Assembly (NCBI GenBank): GCA_026391855.1
Contig: JAPLDE010000028.1
Coordinates: 297-64,296 of the forward strand
DNA from: Bacteroidota bacterium
GTDB lineage: Bacteria > Bacteroidota > Bacteroidia > Bacteroidales > CAIXZF01
DNA: 64,000 bases
Direction: 5' to 3'
Part shown: piece after piece, positions 27,942 to 37,976 of the stretch
Layout: the number at the start of each line of letters is the position of its first letter
Numbering within the stretch: the stretch's first letter is position 1
Made by a program: the position numbers and the translations under genes
The notes under the pieces: generated by a model
The model's database searches: none
What the model was told of the DNA's origin: nothing
The model's input: the letters and a program-made list of their open reading frames with translations, nothing else

Positions 27942-30900
27942 ATGAAGTCCAGGTTAACGATGTTTCTACTGTTAACATTACTGATAACTCAGAACCTCAG
28001 GGCCCAATGGGTTCAGACCAACGGACCAGAAGGAGGAAGGGTTAACTGCATCACCAGGGTCGGCAGCGATATCTGGGCCGGGACATACGGAGGTATATTT
28101 ATTTCTCAGGATGAGGGACTTACCTGGCAGAAATCTCCACTTTACGATAATGTCTTTGTTGGGGAAATCTTTTCTTCAGGGGATACCCTGGTGGTCCGTT
28201 ATGCCCTGCCGGATACTGATTACGTTGAGTACGGCTTTTTACATGAAGCAGCCAGCAGTTTTAACGGGGGAATCACCTGGAATTCAGCGGTATATTTAAG
28301 TGCTGATACCGGAACAGGGACATACAATTTTCAACGTTGTCAATCGGGTCTGTTGCTTAACAGCAATCATTTTGTTTGTTATATCTCAGACGATATGGGA
28401 TTAAGCTGGCATTCTCCCGGATTTCCTTCAGGCATTAACAATGGTGGCGTGATTTCAGATCTCCACAGATTACTGCTCGTGAGTGCGTTCGATTTCGATT
28501 CTGTGCTTTTATTTCTTTCTGGCGATCTTGGACAGACCTGGCAGGCATTGGGTGTAACCGGAGATGCAAGAGGATGGTTTATTTCAGATTCCCTGATATT
28601 ATACATTACGTATGATTCTCTGATTATCCGTTCCGATGACCTGGGAAACACCTGGGATACCATTTTGTGTCCACCGATTCCGTATTTAGCTTTTTTCATG
28701 ACTGTCGGGGATTCAATTTTTGGGTATAATTATTATAATGCATTGATTTACAGTGCGGATCAGGGGTTAACCTGGCAAACCGGTTTATTGCCGCCTGATT
28801 TTTTCTGGACTTCGCTGGAATTAAATAACGGAGATATCCTGCATTCAGAGGGTTTCCAGCTAAGCCGATATATCCCTTCGCTGGGGATATCCATACCCGC
28901 CAATTCCGGATTGAAATGCCGCAAGGTGAATTGTATCAGGAATTTCAATGATTTTCTGTTTTGTTCCACTGCTGAAGGAATTTTCAGAAGTGCCGATGCA
29001 GGGCAGACCTGGCTGAAGGTTTATCAGTTACCTTATCCCGACACCTTTATTGATAATTCTATTTTTGATATTGAAGCTACCCATGATACGATATTTTGGG
29101 TGAATCCGGGCAATTTCGGCCGGAGTTTCGACAACGGGCTGACCTGGCAGACAACCGTATTACCAGCCCTGTCTAACGATCATTTCATAACTTCCATAGA
29201 AATGAAAGGCAGCCGGATCTATCTGTCGGCCAATACGTTGTGGCAAAGCGACGACTGGGGGCAGACCTGGCAGAATATGCCCGGCTTGCCTTATATTACC
29301 ACACCCGGACCGGGTAATTTTTCACAGACAGGTTATCTTAAGCTACATAAGAACAAGCTTTTCGCCATATCAAGATCTGGCTATATTTTTTATTATGATG
29401 AATTGGCAGGACAGTGGATTTACTCCTTTAATATTTTGTCGGACCAGTTGTTATACGATAATGTGCTTTTCTCCCTTGATAGCACATTGATTGCAACAGG
29501 GGAGCAGGCCTTGTGTTATTCTCAGGATACAGGGAATACCTGGGTAATACCAGCGGGGAACGGGCTTCCTACCGGGGCCATGGCTCCGGTTTATCCGGAG
29601 AGTATGACATCGTTTCAGGGGTTGTGGATTGGATGCAATCCCTACACAGGAATTTATTGCACCAGCGATTACGGGAATAACTGGTCATTGTACCAGGGAG
29701 GTGTCTCCAATCTCAAGGCCAGGAATCTTACGGAGATGAATGGCATACTTTACTGCGGATCGCTCAACAGCAGTGTCTGGCGGTATAATGGCAGCCTGTT
29801 CAGCATCAGTGGCCGGGTATTCAGGGATGATAACAACAATGGGTTGTTTGACCCCGGAGAGGAAGGGATCTCCAATATCTCAATACTTTCAGATGCCACT
29901 GGTGATACCCTCAGACCCGTTTTTCCGGTTGGCGGGGTGTCAGTTACCCCGGACCATTATATCACCAATGCGGGGGGTCTGAATCAGGATTTCGCTGCAG
30001 TCCCGGTACCGGGAATCAGGGATCTCAGTATTGATCTTACGAATATCAATGTTTTCAGACCCGGATTCAATACGCTGATTAACCTCCATGTGATGAACAA
30101 AGGTTCTGTGGTACAGACTCCTGTGGTCACATTGGTAAAAGACGCTGACCTGTTGTATCAGAGTGCCACACCTGTGCCAAACTCGGTCAATGGTGATACC
30201 CTAACCTGGCAGTTGGACAGTCTCCATTTCCTCGGGAATTTCAACATCCAACTTGATGTAATAACATCCCTTTCAATTTCTTATAACGATACGCTGATTT
30301 GTTCAGCTACTGTATTCCCACTTATAGGTGATACCAACCCTTCAGATAACCATTCAACACTCATCAAAAATGCGGTCGGGTCCTATGATCCTAATGATAA
30401 AACATGTGAACAAGGGAGCTTTTTATCCCCCATTAATCTTAGTCATGGAAAGGAGTTACCCTATACTATCCGTTTTCAGAACCTGGGCAATTTTCCTACC
30501 GATTTTGTTCATATTATTGACACACTTAGTCCTTACCTTGACTGGGGCAGTTTCCGGTTGATCTCCTCCAGCCATCCTGTTCAGTTGCAATGGCTTGACC
30601 GGGGGGTTGTTGAATTCATTTTCGACCCGCTGGTTCTTCAGCCTGCCGGTATGAATGAAATGGCAAGCATTGGTTTTGTTAAATATGCCATAAAAGGTCG
30701 TAAGGAAATCCTGGTGGGTACCTGGATCACCAACCAGGCGCATATTTATTTTGATTTAAACCTTCCTGTTCAGACCAACAAAACATTTACCCTGGTGGCA
30801 GAAGCCATCCTGTCAATCGATAGAAATCCCGGTCAACCGGATGATCCTGTGAGAATCCGAATTTTTCCGAACCCGGCTAATAATGAGTTAACGGTTCATG

Positions 30901-31094
30901 TTGAAGGAAATATGACGGAATCTCTCAACGTGGTTATTTTTGACATTGCCGGAAGAAAATTGTTGCAAATACCTGTAAATCAAGAAAATACTATAATTCC
31001 CGTTACGGCTATTTCAGCTGGTTTTTATTTCGGGAGCCTGGTTTCCGGTAAAGGGAGAAAAATTGGTTCTTTCAAATTTATTGTTAACCATTAA
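27942..31094 (+). CDS. T9SS-secreted BNR/Asp-box beta-propeller protein with DUF11-like Ig and C-terminal sorting domain
   Basis: Many S-x-D-x-G-x-T-W boxes, RVFRDDNNNG, SYDPNDK...YTIRFQNLG, IFPNPANN...FDIAGRK CTD. Confidence 0.85.
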   Translation: MKSRLTMFLLLTLLITQNLRAQWVQTNGPEGGRVNCITRVGSDIWAGTYGGIFISQDEGLTWQKSPLYDNVFVGEIFSSGDTLVVRYALPDTDYVEYGFLHEAASSFNGGITWNSAVYLSADTGTGTYNFQRCQSGLLLNSNHFVCYISDDMGLSWHSPGFPSGINNGGVISDLHRLLLVSAFDFDSVLLFLSGDLGQTWQALGVTGDARGWFISDSLILYITYDSLIIRSDDLGNTWDTILCPPIPYLAFFMTVGDSIFGYNYYNALIYSADQGLTWQTGLLPPDFFWTSLELNNGDILHSEGFQLSRYIPSLGISIPANSGLKCRKVNCIRNFNDFLFCSTAEGIFRSADAGQTWLKVYQLPYPDTFIDNSIFDIEATHDTIFWVNPGNFGRSFDNGLTWQTTVLPALSNDHFITSIEMKGSRIYLSANTLWQSDDWGQTWQNMPGLPYITTPGPGNFSQTGYLKLHKNKLFAISRSGYIFYYDELAGQWIYSFNILSDQLLYDNVLFSLDSTLIATGEQALCYSQDTGNTWVIPAGNGLPTGAMAPVYPESMTSFQGLWIGCNPYTGIYCTSDYGNNWSLYQGGVSNLKARNLTEMNGILYCGSLNSSVWRYNGSLFSISGRVFRDDNNNGLFDPGEEGISNISILSDATGDTLRPVFPVGGVSVTPDHYITNAGGLNQDFAAVPVPGIRDLSIDLTNINVFRPGFNTLINLHVMNKGSVVQTPVVTLVKDADLLYQSATPVPNSVNGDTLTWQLDSLHFLGNFNIQLDVITSLSISYNDTLICSATVFPLIGDTNPSDNHSTLIKNAVGSYDPNDKTCEQGSFLSPINLSHGKELPYTIRFQNLGNFPTDFVHIIDTLSPYLDWGSFRLISSSHPVQLQWLDRGVVEFIFDPLVLQPAGMNEMASIGFVKYAIKGRKEILVGTWITNQAHIYFDLNLPVQTNKTFTLVAEAILSIDRNPGQPDDPVRIRIFPNPANNELTVHVEGNMTESLNVVIFDIAGRKLLQIPVNQENTIIPVTAISAGFYFGSLVSGKGRKIGSFKFIVNH

Positions 31095-31130
31095 ATTTGC
31101 CTCCTTTTCTCTTCATAATCAGATGTAAAA

Positions 31131-31856
31131 ATGACAAAAAAGATCAATAGCCGATATTTGTTGTTGAGTTTCCTGGCTCTGGGAATCCTGCTTCAATCCT
31201 GCAATGTAGCCTATCATCCTGCTCAGCAGAATGTTCCGTTGATCAGTGATAAGACGGAAGGGACAGCTAGTTTCAGCGGTTCCAATATACAGGGGGCCGG
31301 TGCCCTGGGAGGATCAACTGCCCTGATGTGCAATTTCCAGTATTCGGCTTTCTTATCCGGTTTATCGGATGATAATGAAGGCGTTTTTAACAAGCCTCCC
31401 AGCCAGTGGAACCTGGAGGTTGCCCCGGGGATTTACAAAACACTGGCACCAAAGGTTGTTTTCGAGTTTTACGGAGGTGCAGGGATAGGAGGGTCCAACG
31501 TATACGGTGAATCCAGCCTGGAGCGTTACCATGCCAACCATTACCGTCTTTTCCTCCAGCCGGATATAGGGTATAAAGGGGATAAATGGGAAGTAGCCTT
31601 TAGCACCCGTCTGTTACGGCTGCAATTCTTTAATGAAAGGATCCATAACCTTGATACAGACTGGCTGAAAGACAACGATGTTTATCACCTTGACCGGTAC
31701 TGGTACTTTTTCGCTGAACCTGCCCTGACTATCAGGATGAAGCTCAAAGGGGGTGCATTTGCTTTTTCACAGTTTATCTATTCGGAAATGATGAACCGCG
31801 ATCCGCTGAGCCGGTCGAAGGCTACGCTGATTGTGGGATTTTGCGGAAGGTTTTAA
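31131..31856 (+). CDS. Hypothetical outer-membrane lipoprotein/beta-barrel
   Basis: LLQSC lipobox, amphipathic strands, C-terminal Phe. Confidence 0.6.
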   Translation: MTKKINSRYLLLSFLALGILLQSCNVAYHPAQQNVPLISDKTEGTASFSGSNIQGAGALGGSTALMCNFQYSAFLSGLSDDNEGVFNKPPSQWNLEVAPGIYKTLAPKVVFEFYGGAGIGGSNVYGESSLERYHANHYRLFLQPDIGYKGDKWEVAFSTRLLRLQFFNERIHNLDTDWLKDNDVYHLDRYWYFFAEPALTIRMKLKGGAFAFSQFIYSEMMNRDPLSRSKATLIVGFCGRF

Positions 31857-31930
31857 TAGTATGGTGGTAACCAGCAAGATGTCAACGTTTTACCTGTGTA
31901 ATACCAGGGAAAACTTGTGGGATTTACTTA

Positions 31931-32848
31931 TTACCTTAAAATTTTCCGACTGAGCATTTTGTCACCGGCTGTGACTTGCAGCATATAGATACCGTGAGAC
32001 AAGTTGTTTAATAACAGTGTTTTAACTCCATTTTTCATTCTTCCATAGTCGATATGGAGAATGACTCTTCCTGTCATATCCATAACCATGGCGGAAACCG
32101 TTTCTTCTGAAGAAAGATTGAAGGTCAGTTGAGCGGCAGCGCTGGACTGACTATAGTTCAACCCTAAGGGTGAATCTTCGGTTTGTGCAGGAATTCCTAC
32201 TCCCGAATAAACCATTTCAAAATCATCGACAAAAAGGGTAGTGCCGGCAGTGCCATTGATACTGGCAGAGGATAAGGCCGCAATAATAAGGGTATCGGGG
32301 TTGTCAGCCGTAAAGAAATCGACAGGGCATTCGAGAAGTGTCCACTGGGACTGGGCTACAAAGATCAGCGCACCAGCCATGCCAATGGTATCGGCGTTTC
32401 CTGTTGAGTCGTTGTGTTTTTTGAAAATAGCCCCGATCAGGCAGGTATCTCCACCCGCTGGTGTGAATTTAAAATACACTTTCATTGAGGTCGGACGCCC
32501 GGAAAAGGGAGTTCCCCCGGTGAGTGTATATTCGAGGGTGGAAAGATTAATAGTAAATATTCCCAGGGTTACCAGGCCGGGAATGCTCAGTCCGAGCAGG
32601 CTTTTGGTTTCCAGCCGGGCGCACCATTGCCCGGTATGCGCGTTTCCGGCTTTTGTGACGGTTGAGAAACCCACTATGGGAATAGCAGCTGTTTCGGTAT
32701 TGGGTGTATCCCAGAATTCAGGGTTAACATAGTTGGAAGAGGTGATCCAGTTTTCAAATCCGCTGTTGGGTGGCTGCAACTGGGCGAAAACAGAGCTCCC
32801 TGTTGCAAGAAGAATCAAGACCACCAGAGGGAGTATGTATCTTTGCAT
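31931..32848 (-). CDS. T9SS-secreted protein with PCMD-like carbohydrate-binding domain
   Basis: PNSGFENW...WDTPN, G.PFSGRPTSM..YFKF.P..GD, WTLLECP, LFVDDF, CTD VMDMTGRV...GIYMLQV. Start placed at MQRYIL. Confidence 0.75.
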   Translation of the reverse strand: MQRYILPLVVLILLATGSSVFAQLQPPNSGFENWITSSNYVNPEFWDTPNTETAAIPIVGFSTVTKAGNAHTGQWCARLETKSLLGLSIPGLVTLGIFTINLSTLEYTLTGGTPFSGRPTSMKVYFKFTPAGGDTCLIGAIFKKHNDSTGNADTIGMAGALIFVAQSQWTLLECPVDFFTADNPDTLIIAALSSASINGTAGTTLFVDDFEMVYSGVGIPAQTEDSPLGLNYSQSSAAAQLTFNLSSEETVSAMVMDMTGRVILHIDYGRMKNGVKTLLLNNLSHGIYMLQVTAGDKMLSRKILR

Positions 32849-33049
32849 GTTAATGGATTTTTCAGTTAACAATCCTGTGGCTGTTAGATTTGGTATATGA
32901 TAGTTGTCAATCAATCCGCAAATAAACACAAATTACGGCACATTTGCATAGTTAAATCAGGGATAACAACCAATAAATATCTAAACTTCATGATGTTCGG
33001 CGGATCACACCTTTATCCCCGGCTTATTGAGATCACTTAAGGTAAGATG

Positions 33050-33985
33050 TTAATCAAAATCAATGCTCAACTGGGGTGTAACGAGCCTTTGGTTAAAGAG
33101 TTCCATATATCCGTCTCCTAATGGATAGCTGGATTTAATTGAATTAATGACTGACCTCAGTTTAGTAAAATAGGATTGATCAACGTGTTTCGCCTGAAAC
33201 AGAGGAATAAATACGTTATATTTTTCCGGGAATTCCTTTTTGAAAAAAGAAAGGAAATGAGTCCTTGTCCTTCCACTTAGATGCAGTGGATATTCTACAG
33301 TATAATCTGCTTTTGACTCAACGGAGCGAGCGAAAAGCTGATGAAAACTCTCCGCTGAATCGGTGATCAAAGGGATGACAGGCATGATATGAACACCTGT
33401 GGAAGCCCTGGTATTCTCCTTAATATTCTTCAGAAAACTGAATCTTTCAACGGGAGTGGAAGCACCGGGTTCAATTCTCCGGGCCAGGGATTCATTATCT
33501 GTAATAATTGTAGAGGCAACATTCACAAAAGTCAGGCGGGACAGGCGGTCGATGAGTTCCATATCGCGCAGGATGAGGCTTGATTTAGAGGAAATAACCA
33601 CCGGACTCCTGTGACGGATCAGGGTTTTCCATATTTCCGGCATCAGTTGGTGATCCTTCTCTGCCGGCTGGTAAGCGTCGGTTACCCCTCCCAGGTTGAT
33701 CAGCTTTCCCTGCCAGTATGGCCTTGAAAGTTCTTTGTCCAGCACTGCTGCAATATTGGTTTTGACTTTTATCTCCGAAAAGAAATGAAAATCTTTTTTA
33801 TTCTGATAGGTTTCGGTATACTGGGCAAAGCAGTAATGGCATCCGTGAGCACAGCCAATGAAGGGGTTTACATTGCCATCATGGGGAAAGGTATCAGGAA
33901 TCTTTCGAAGGGCTGATCTGGCGGTGGTCGGAACAACCCGGACAGAGCCCGGGCCCTGTTCATCAGTTAGTGAAAGGGAAACCAT
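33050..33985 (-). CDS. Radical SAM protein, Rv2578c/spore-photoproduct-lyase-like family
   Basis: NPFIGCAHGCHYCFAQY (CxxxCxxC), GGVTDAYQPAE, IEPGAST. Confidence 0.9.
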   Translation of the reverse strand: MVSLSLTDEQGPGSVRVVPTTARSALRKIPDTFPHDGNVNPFIGCAHGCHYCFAQYTETYQNKKDFHFFSEIKVKTNIAAVLDKELSRPYWQGKLINLGGVTDAYQPAEKDHQLMPEIWKTLIRHRSPVVISSKSSLILRDMELIDRLSRLTFVNVASTIITDNESLARRIEPGASTPVERFSFLKNIKENTRASTGVHIMPVIPLITDSAESFHQLFARSVESKADYTVEYPLHLSGRTRTHFLSFFKKEFPEKYNVFIPLFQAKHVDQSYFTKLRSVINSIKSSYPLGDGYMELFNQRLVTPQLSIDFD

Positions 33986-34142
33986 TTTTGCTTGTCAGAA
34001 TGGGCAAAAATGCAATTTTTTCTTTGTTAAAGAGGGACAATTTGAAATAAGCTTTCAAAAATTTGATAGGATACATTGGAAGTCATTGTTGTCTAAACAG
34101 ATATAAACCTTAATTTTACCCACCCAAAAACCAATAAAAGTT

Positions 34143-35564
34143 ATGATTCCCAAAGAAGTTTATGTTAGAAGACGACAACAACTGAAGAAGGAACTGGGTT
34201 CCGGGCTGGCATTGTTTCCCGGTAACCAGGAAGTCAGTTACAACTACCCTGCCAACACTTACAGTTACCGGCAAGACAGTCATTTCCTTTATTTTTTCGG
34301 TCTGACCCATCCCGGATTTGCCGGTATTATTGATGTTGATGAAGACAAGGATATTGTTTTCGGCAATGATGTTGATATTGAAGACATTATCTGGATGGGA
34401 TCCCAACCCAGTGTGGCCGACCAGGCTGCATCTACGGGAATAACAACCATAGCCCCATACGCAGCACTAACCGGTGTTTTAGCTTCGGCACTAAACAAAG
34501 GACGCAAGATCCATTTCCTGCCTCCTTACCGTGGAGAAACCCAGATAGAACTCTCACAATGGCTTGGTATTCCTGTTGGTGAGCTCAGGGGTAAAGCCTC
34601 TGTTGAGTTGATCAGGGCTGTTGTCAGATTAAAAGAGATTAAAGACGATTACGAGATTGCAGAAATGGAGAAGGCAACCGACATCGCCTGCCTGATGCAC
34701 ACCACAGGGATGAAGATGTGTTTGCCGGGAATAAAAGAACAGGAAATTGCAGGAACAATGGAAGGCATCGCCCTCGCATTGGCAGGCCCGGTCTCTTTTC
34801 CCATTATTCTGAGTATGGACGGACAAACATTGCATAATCACTATCACGGAAACATACTGAAGGAAGGGCGGATGGTGGTGATTGATGCCGGTTGTGAGAC
34901 ACTGACGGGTTATTCCAGTGACATTACCCGAACAGTGCCGGTGGGCGGAAGATTTAACAGCAGGCAGAAAGAGGTTTACGAGGCAGTGCTTATGGCCAAT
35001 ATGGAGGTGATTAAAAAGCTTAAGCCCGGCATCCGGTATTTTGATATGCATATGCTGGCTGCAAGGACCCTTACCACGGCCTTAAAAGAGATCGGTCTGA
35101 TGAAAGGCGATGTGGATGAGGCCGTTGCCGCCGGTGCACACACGCTTTTCCTGCCGCACGGGCTCGGGCATATGCTGGGAATGGATGTTCATGACATGGA
35201 AGGCATTGGGGAAAATTATGTGGGATACGATGAGACCATCCAGCGCGCTTCGGCTTTTGGTACTGCCTATCTCAGGCTGGCCAGGGAGCTGAAAACAGGT
35301 TTTACCCTTACCGTAGAGCCCGGTTGTTATTTTATCCCGGCCCTGATTGATCAGTTCAGAAGCGAAGGAAAATTCACTGATTTCATCAATTATGACAAAG
35401 TTGAATCGTATAAGGATTTCGGTGGTATCCGGATCGAAGATGATGTGCTTATCACGGCTGATGGTCACAAAGTGCTGGGAAAGCCCATTCCCAAGACGAT
35501 TGCCGAAATTGAAAAAACCATGACAGAGGCCAGGGAGTGGATTAAAATGCCCGGAATCATCTGA
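34143..35564 (+). CDS. pepP: Xaa-Pro aminopeptidase P (M24B)
   Basis: LHNHYH, IDAG...YSSDITRT, PHGLGHMLGMDVHD, TVEPGCYF, GIRIEDD. Confidence 0.93.
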   Translation: MIPKEVYVRRRQQLKKELGSGLALFPGNQEVSYNYPANTYSYRQDSHFLYFFGLTHPGFAGIIDVDEDKDIVFGNDVDIEDIIWMGSQPSVADQAASTGITTIAPYAALTGVLASALNKGRKIHFLPPYRGETQIELSQWLGIPVGELRGKASVELIRAVVRLKEIKDDYEIAEMEKATDIACLMHTTGMKMCLPGIKEQEIAGTMEGIALALAGPVSFPIILSMDGQTLHNHYHGNILKEGRMVVIDAGCETLTGYSSDITRTVPVGGRFNSRQKEVYEAVLMANMEVIKKLKPGIRYFDMHMLAARTLTTALKEIGLMKGDVDEAVAAGAHTLFLPHGLGHMLGMDVHDMEGIGENYVGYDETIQRASAFGTAYLRLARELKTGFTLTVEPGCYFIPALIDQFRSEGKFTDFINYDKVESYKDFGGIRIEDDVLITADGHKVLGKPIPKTIAEIEKTMTEAREWIKMPGII

Positions 35565-35599
35565 CAACCGGGTATTCATTCGGGAATTCTTGTATTTAG

Positions 35600-37951
35600 A
35601 TGAAAAGACCTTTTATCTTATTGATTGTCTTCTTATTACCTTTCTTTTTGGTTGGAAAAGATAATCCGCCCCAGGAAAGGAATTTCCGGCTTTTCCATTT
35701 TTCCGCCGATTTATATCTTAATCCCGTGACGCAGCTGCTTCAGGGAAGTGTAACCTTTGACATTTCGATGATCAGAACACAAACAGACTCCCTTGTTTTT
35801 TACACCCCCGGAATAAATATAAGTGCTGTAAGCCTGAAATCCTATACCGGTAAAGAAGCTTTCAAACCGATCAGGTTTCAACAGGTTAAGGACAATTTGA
35901 TCCTGTATCCTGAGAGAGAAATACCCTTTACAGTTTTGCAGGAGCCCCAGATTACCCTGAAAATTGACTATTCCGCTACCTCATCCAGGGAACTTCATTT
36001 TGTCGGGTGGGACGATAAAACCGGCCGTATGCGAAAGCAGGTATGGGCGCATCGTCCCTTCGGATGGATCCCTTACACCGACCAGATGACCACCCAGGAT
36101 ATCCGCATTACTTTTAACAGGAATTACCTTGTTGTTAGTAACGGAGAACGGATCAGTAAAACAGTATCGGGAGATACTGCCTTCACCTGGCACTACCGGC
36201 TTGATAAGCCTCATCCCTTTTATTCCGTTTGTCTGGTTGCCGGCGATTATGCGTATAAAAACCTGAAAACCAGCAGGGGTGTTCCCCTGGAATTGTGGTA
36301 TTATCCCGATATGGCTGATCGCTTCGAAACGACTTACCGCTTACAGGAGGAAATGTTTGATTTTTTTGAATGGGAGACAGGGTTTCCGTATCCGTATGCG
36401 CTTTACCGCAATCTGCCGGTTGCCGATTACCTGTACGGAGCCATGGAAACCACCACCAGTACCGTTTATGCTGATTTTATGCTGGTTGATCCGAGAGGTT
36501 TTCTGGGAAGGAATTTCATTAATACAAATGCCCATGAGCTGGCTCACCAGTGGTTCGGGAATTGCATCAACGACAAGACAGTTAACGATCTCTGGCTGAC
36601 TGAAAGTTTCGCCACTTATTATGCAAAGATTTTCGAGAGGAAGTACATGGGTGAGGAACAGTATGAATATCAGCGGGATACGGAACGTCAGAAAGCCATG
36701 AAGATCGCTGAAACCAACAACTACCCCCTGGGAAGCGGGAAGGCAGGGTCTGAACGATGGTACCAAAAGGGTTCACTTGTAATGGATATGCTTAGGGATG
36801 TTATTGGTAATGAGGCGTTTATGGCAGCAATTCAGTACTATTTACAGCATCAGGCTTATGGTGAGGCTGAATCCAATGATTTTCTGAAGGCCATTTACAA
36901 TACTTCAGGTCAAGCACTGGACTGGTTTTTTGATGACTGGATATACGGAGGCGGGGAACCTGAGTACAAGATCAGCTGGAAAAATGTTAAAAATGCAGAT
37001 AACCAGTTGATTACGCAGGTTACCGTGGAACAGGTTCAACTGGTGAACAGCACTTCCGGGCTGTTCAGAATACCCGTCACCATTGAAACATATGATCCTG
37101 ATCATCAATGTGTTCCGAAAACAATATGGATCGAAAAACCCGTTACGGTGGTGGAGATACCAGTCAGCAAACTGACTTCTTTTGTCGTATTTGATGCCGG
37201 AAACCGGATATTAAAGAAGATGCAGTTCACCCGCCAGTTTGATGAACTGGCCTCCCAGGCTGAGTTTGCGCATCATATGGCCGACAGACTGGAAGCGGTC
37301 AGGTCCCTGCAAAACTTTCCTGTTTCACAGAAAAGAGAGGTGTTGACAAGGATTTTCAAAAAGGATAGCTTTCACCTTATCCGAACAGAAATCGTGAATC
37401 AGCTGGCCGTCGATTCCCTGTCATACGGATTGATGAAGAAGGCTATGCATGACCCCCAGGTATTGGTAAGGAAAGCCGTTACAGATTATATTACAATAAT
37501 ACCCGTTCCGTTGCAGGCTGAATATGAAACCCTGCTGAAGGATTCTGCCTATTTTATTGTTGAGTCCGCTCTTGTTAATCTCTGCAACACAAACAGGGAC
37601 AACAGTTTAGTGATAGAAAAATACCTGGCGCTGACTTCCCGTGAAACCGGGTGGAGGGGAAGGAACATACGCGTTGCCTGGCTGGGTATTGCCGCTTATA
37701 TTCATCCTGAAAAGAAGGAATACCTTGAAGAGTTGATCGACTATGCCGGTCCTTCCTTCGATTTTGAAACCCGGACCAATGCACTGAATGAGCTGAAAAA
37801 GCTGGATTACCTGGATGAAAAGTCGGCCGGCTACTTGTTAGCAGCGGCTGCTTACTGGAATTATAAACTGTCGGGCCCGGCTAAAGAGCTGGTTACCTAT
37901 TTTCAACAGCAAAAGAGGTACATACCCTTGCTGGAGAAAACAGGAAAGTAA
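35600..37951 (+). CDS. M1 family aminopeptidase with C-terminal HEAT-like repeats
   Basis: YGAMET, AHELAHQWFGN...LWLTESFATY (HEXXH-18-E), YQKG. Confidence 0.93.
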   Translation: MKRPFILLIVFLLPFFLVGKDNPPQERNFRLFHFSADLYLNPVTQLLQGSVTFDISMIRTQTDSLVFYTPGINISAVSLKSYTGKEAFKPIRFQQVKDNLILYPEREIPFTVLQEPQITLKIDYSATSSRELHFVGWDDKTGRMRKQVWAHRPFGWIPYTDQMTTQDIRITFNRNYLVVSNGERISKTVSGDTAFTWHYRLDKPHPFYSVCLVAGDYAYKNLKTSRGVPLELWYYPDMADRFETTYRLQEEMFDFFEWETGFPYPYALYRNLPVADYLYGAMETTTSTVYADFMLVDPRGFLGRNFINTNAHELAHQWFGNCINDKTVNDLWLTESFATYYAKIFERKYMGEEQYEYQRDTERQKAMKIAETNNYPLGSGKAGSERWYQKGSLVMDMLRDVIGNEAFMAAIQYYLQHQAYGEAESNDFLKAIYNTSGQALDWFFDDWIYGGGEPEYKISWKNVKNADNQLITQVTVEQVQLVNSTSGLFRIPVTIETYDPDHQCVPKTIWIEKPVTVVEIPVSKLTSFVVFDAGNRILKKMQFTRQFDELASQAEFAHHMADRLEAVRSLQNFPVSQKREVLTRIFKKDSFHLIRTEIVNQLAVDSLSYGLMKKAMHDPQVLVRKAVTDYITIIPVPLQAEYETLLKDSAYFIVESALVNLCNTNRDNSLVIEKYLALTSRETGWRGRNIRVAWLGIAAYIHPEKKEYLEELIDYAGPSFDFETRTNALNELKKLDYLDEKSAGYLLAAAAYWNYKLSGPAKELVTYFQQQKRYIPLLEKTGK

Positions 37952-37976
37952 ACTGCAACTGTCAGTGCCTTGTTGT

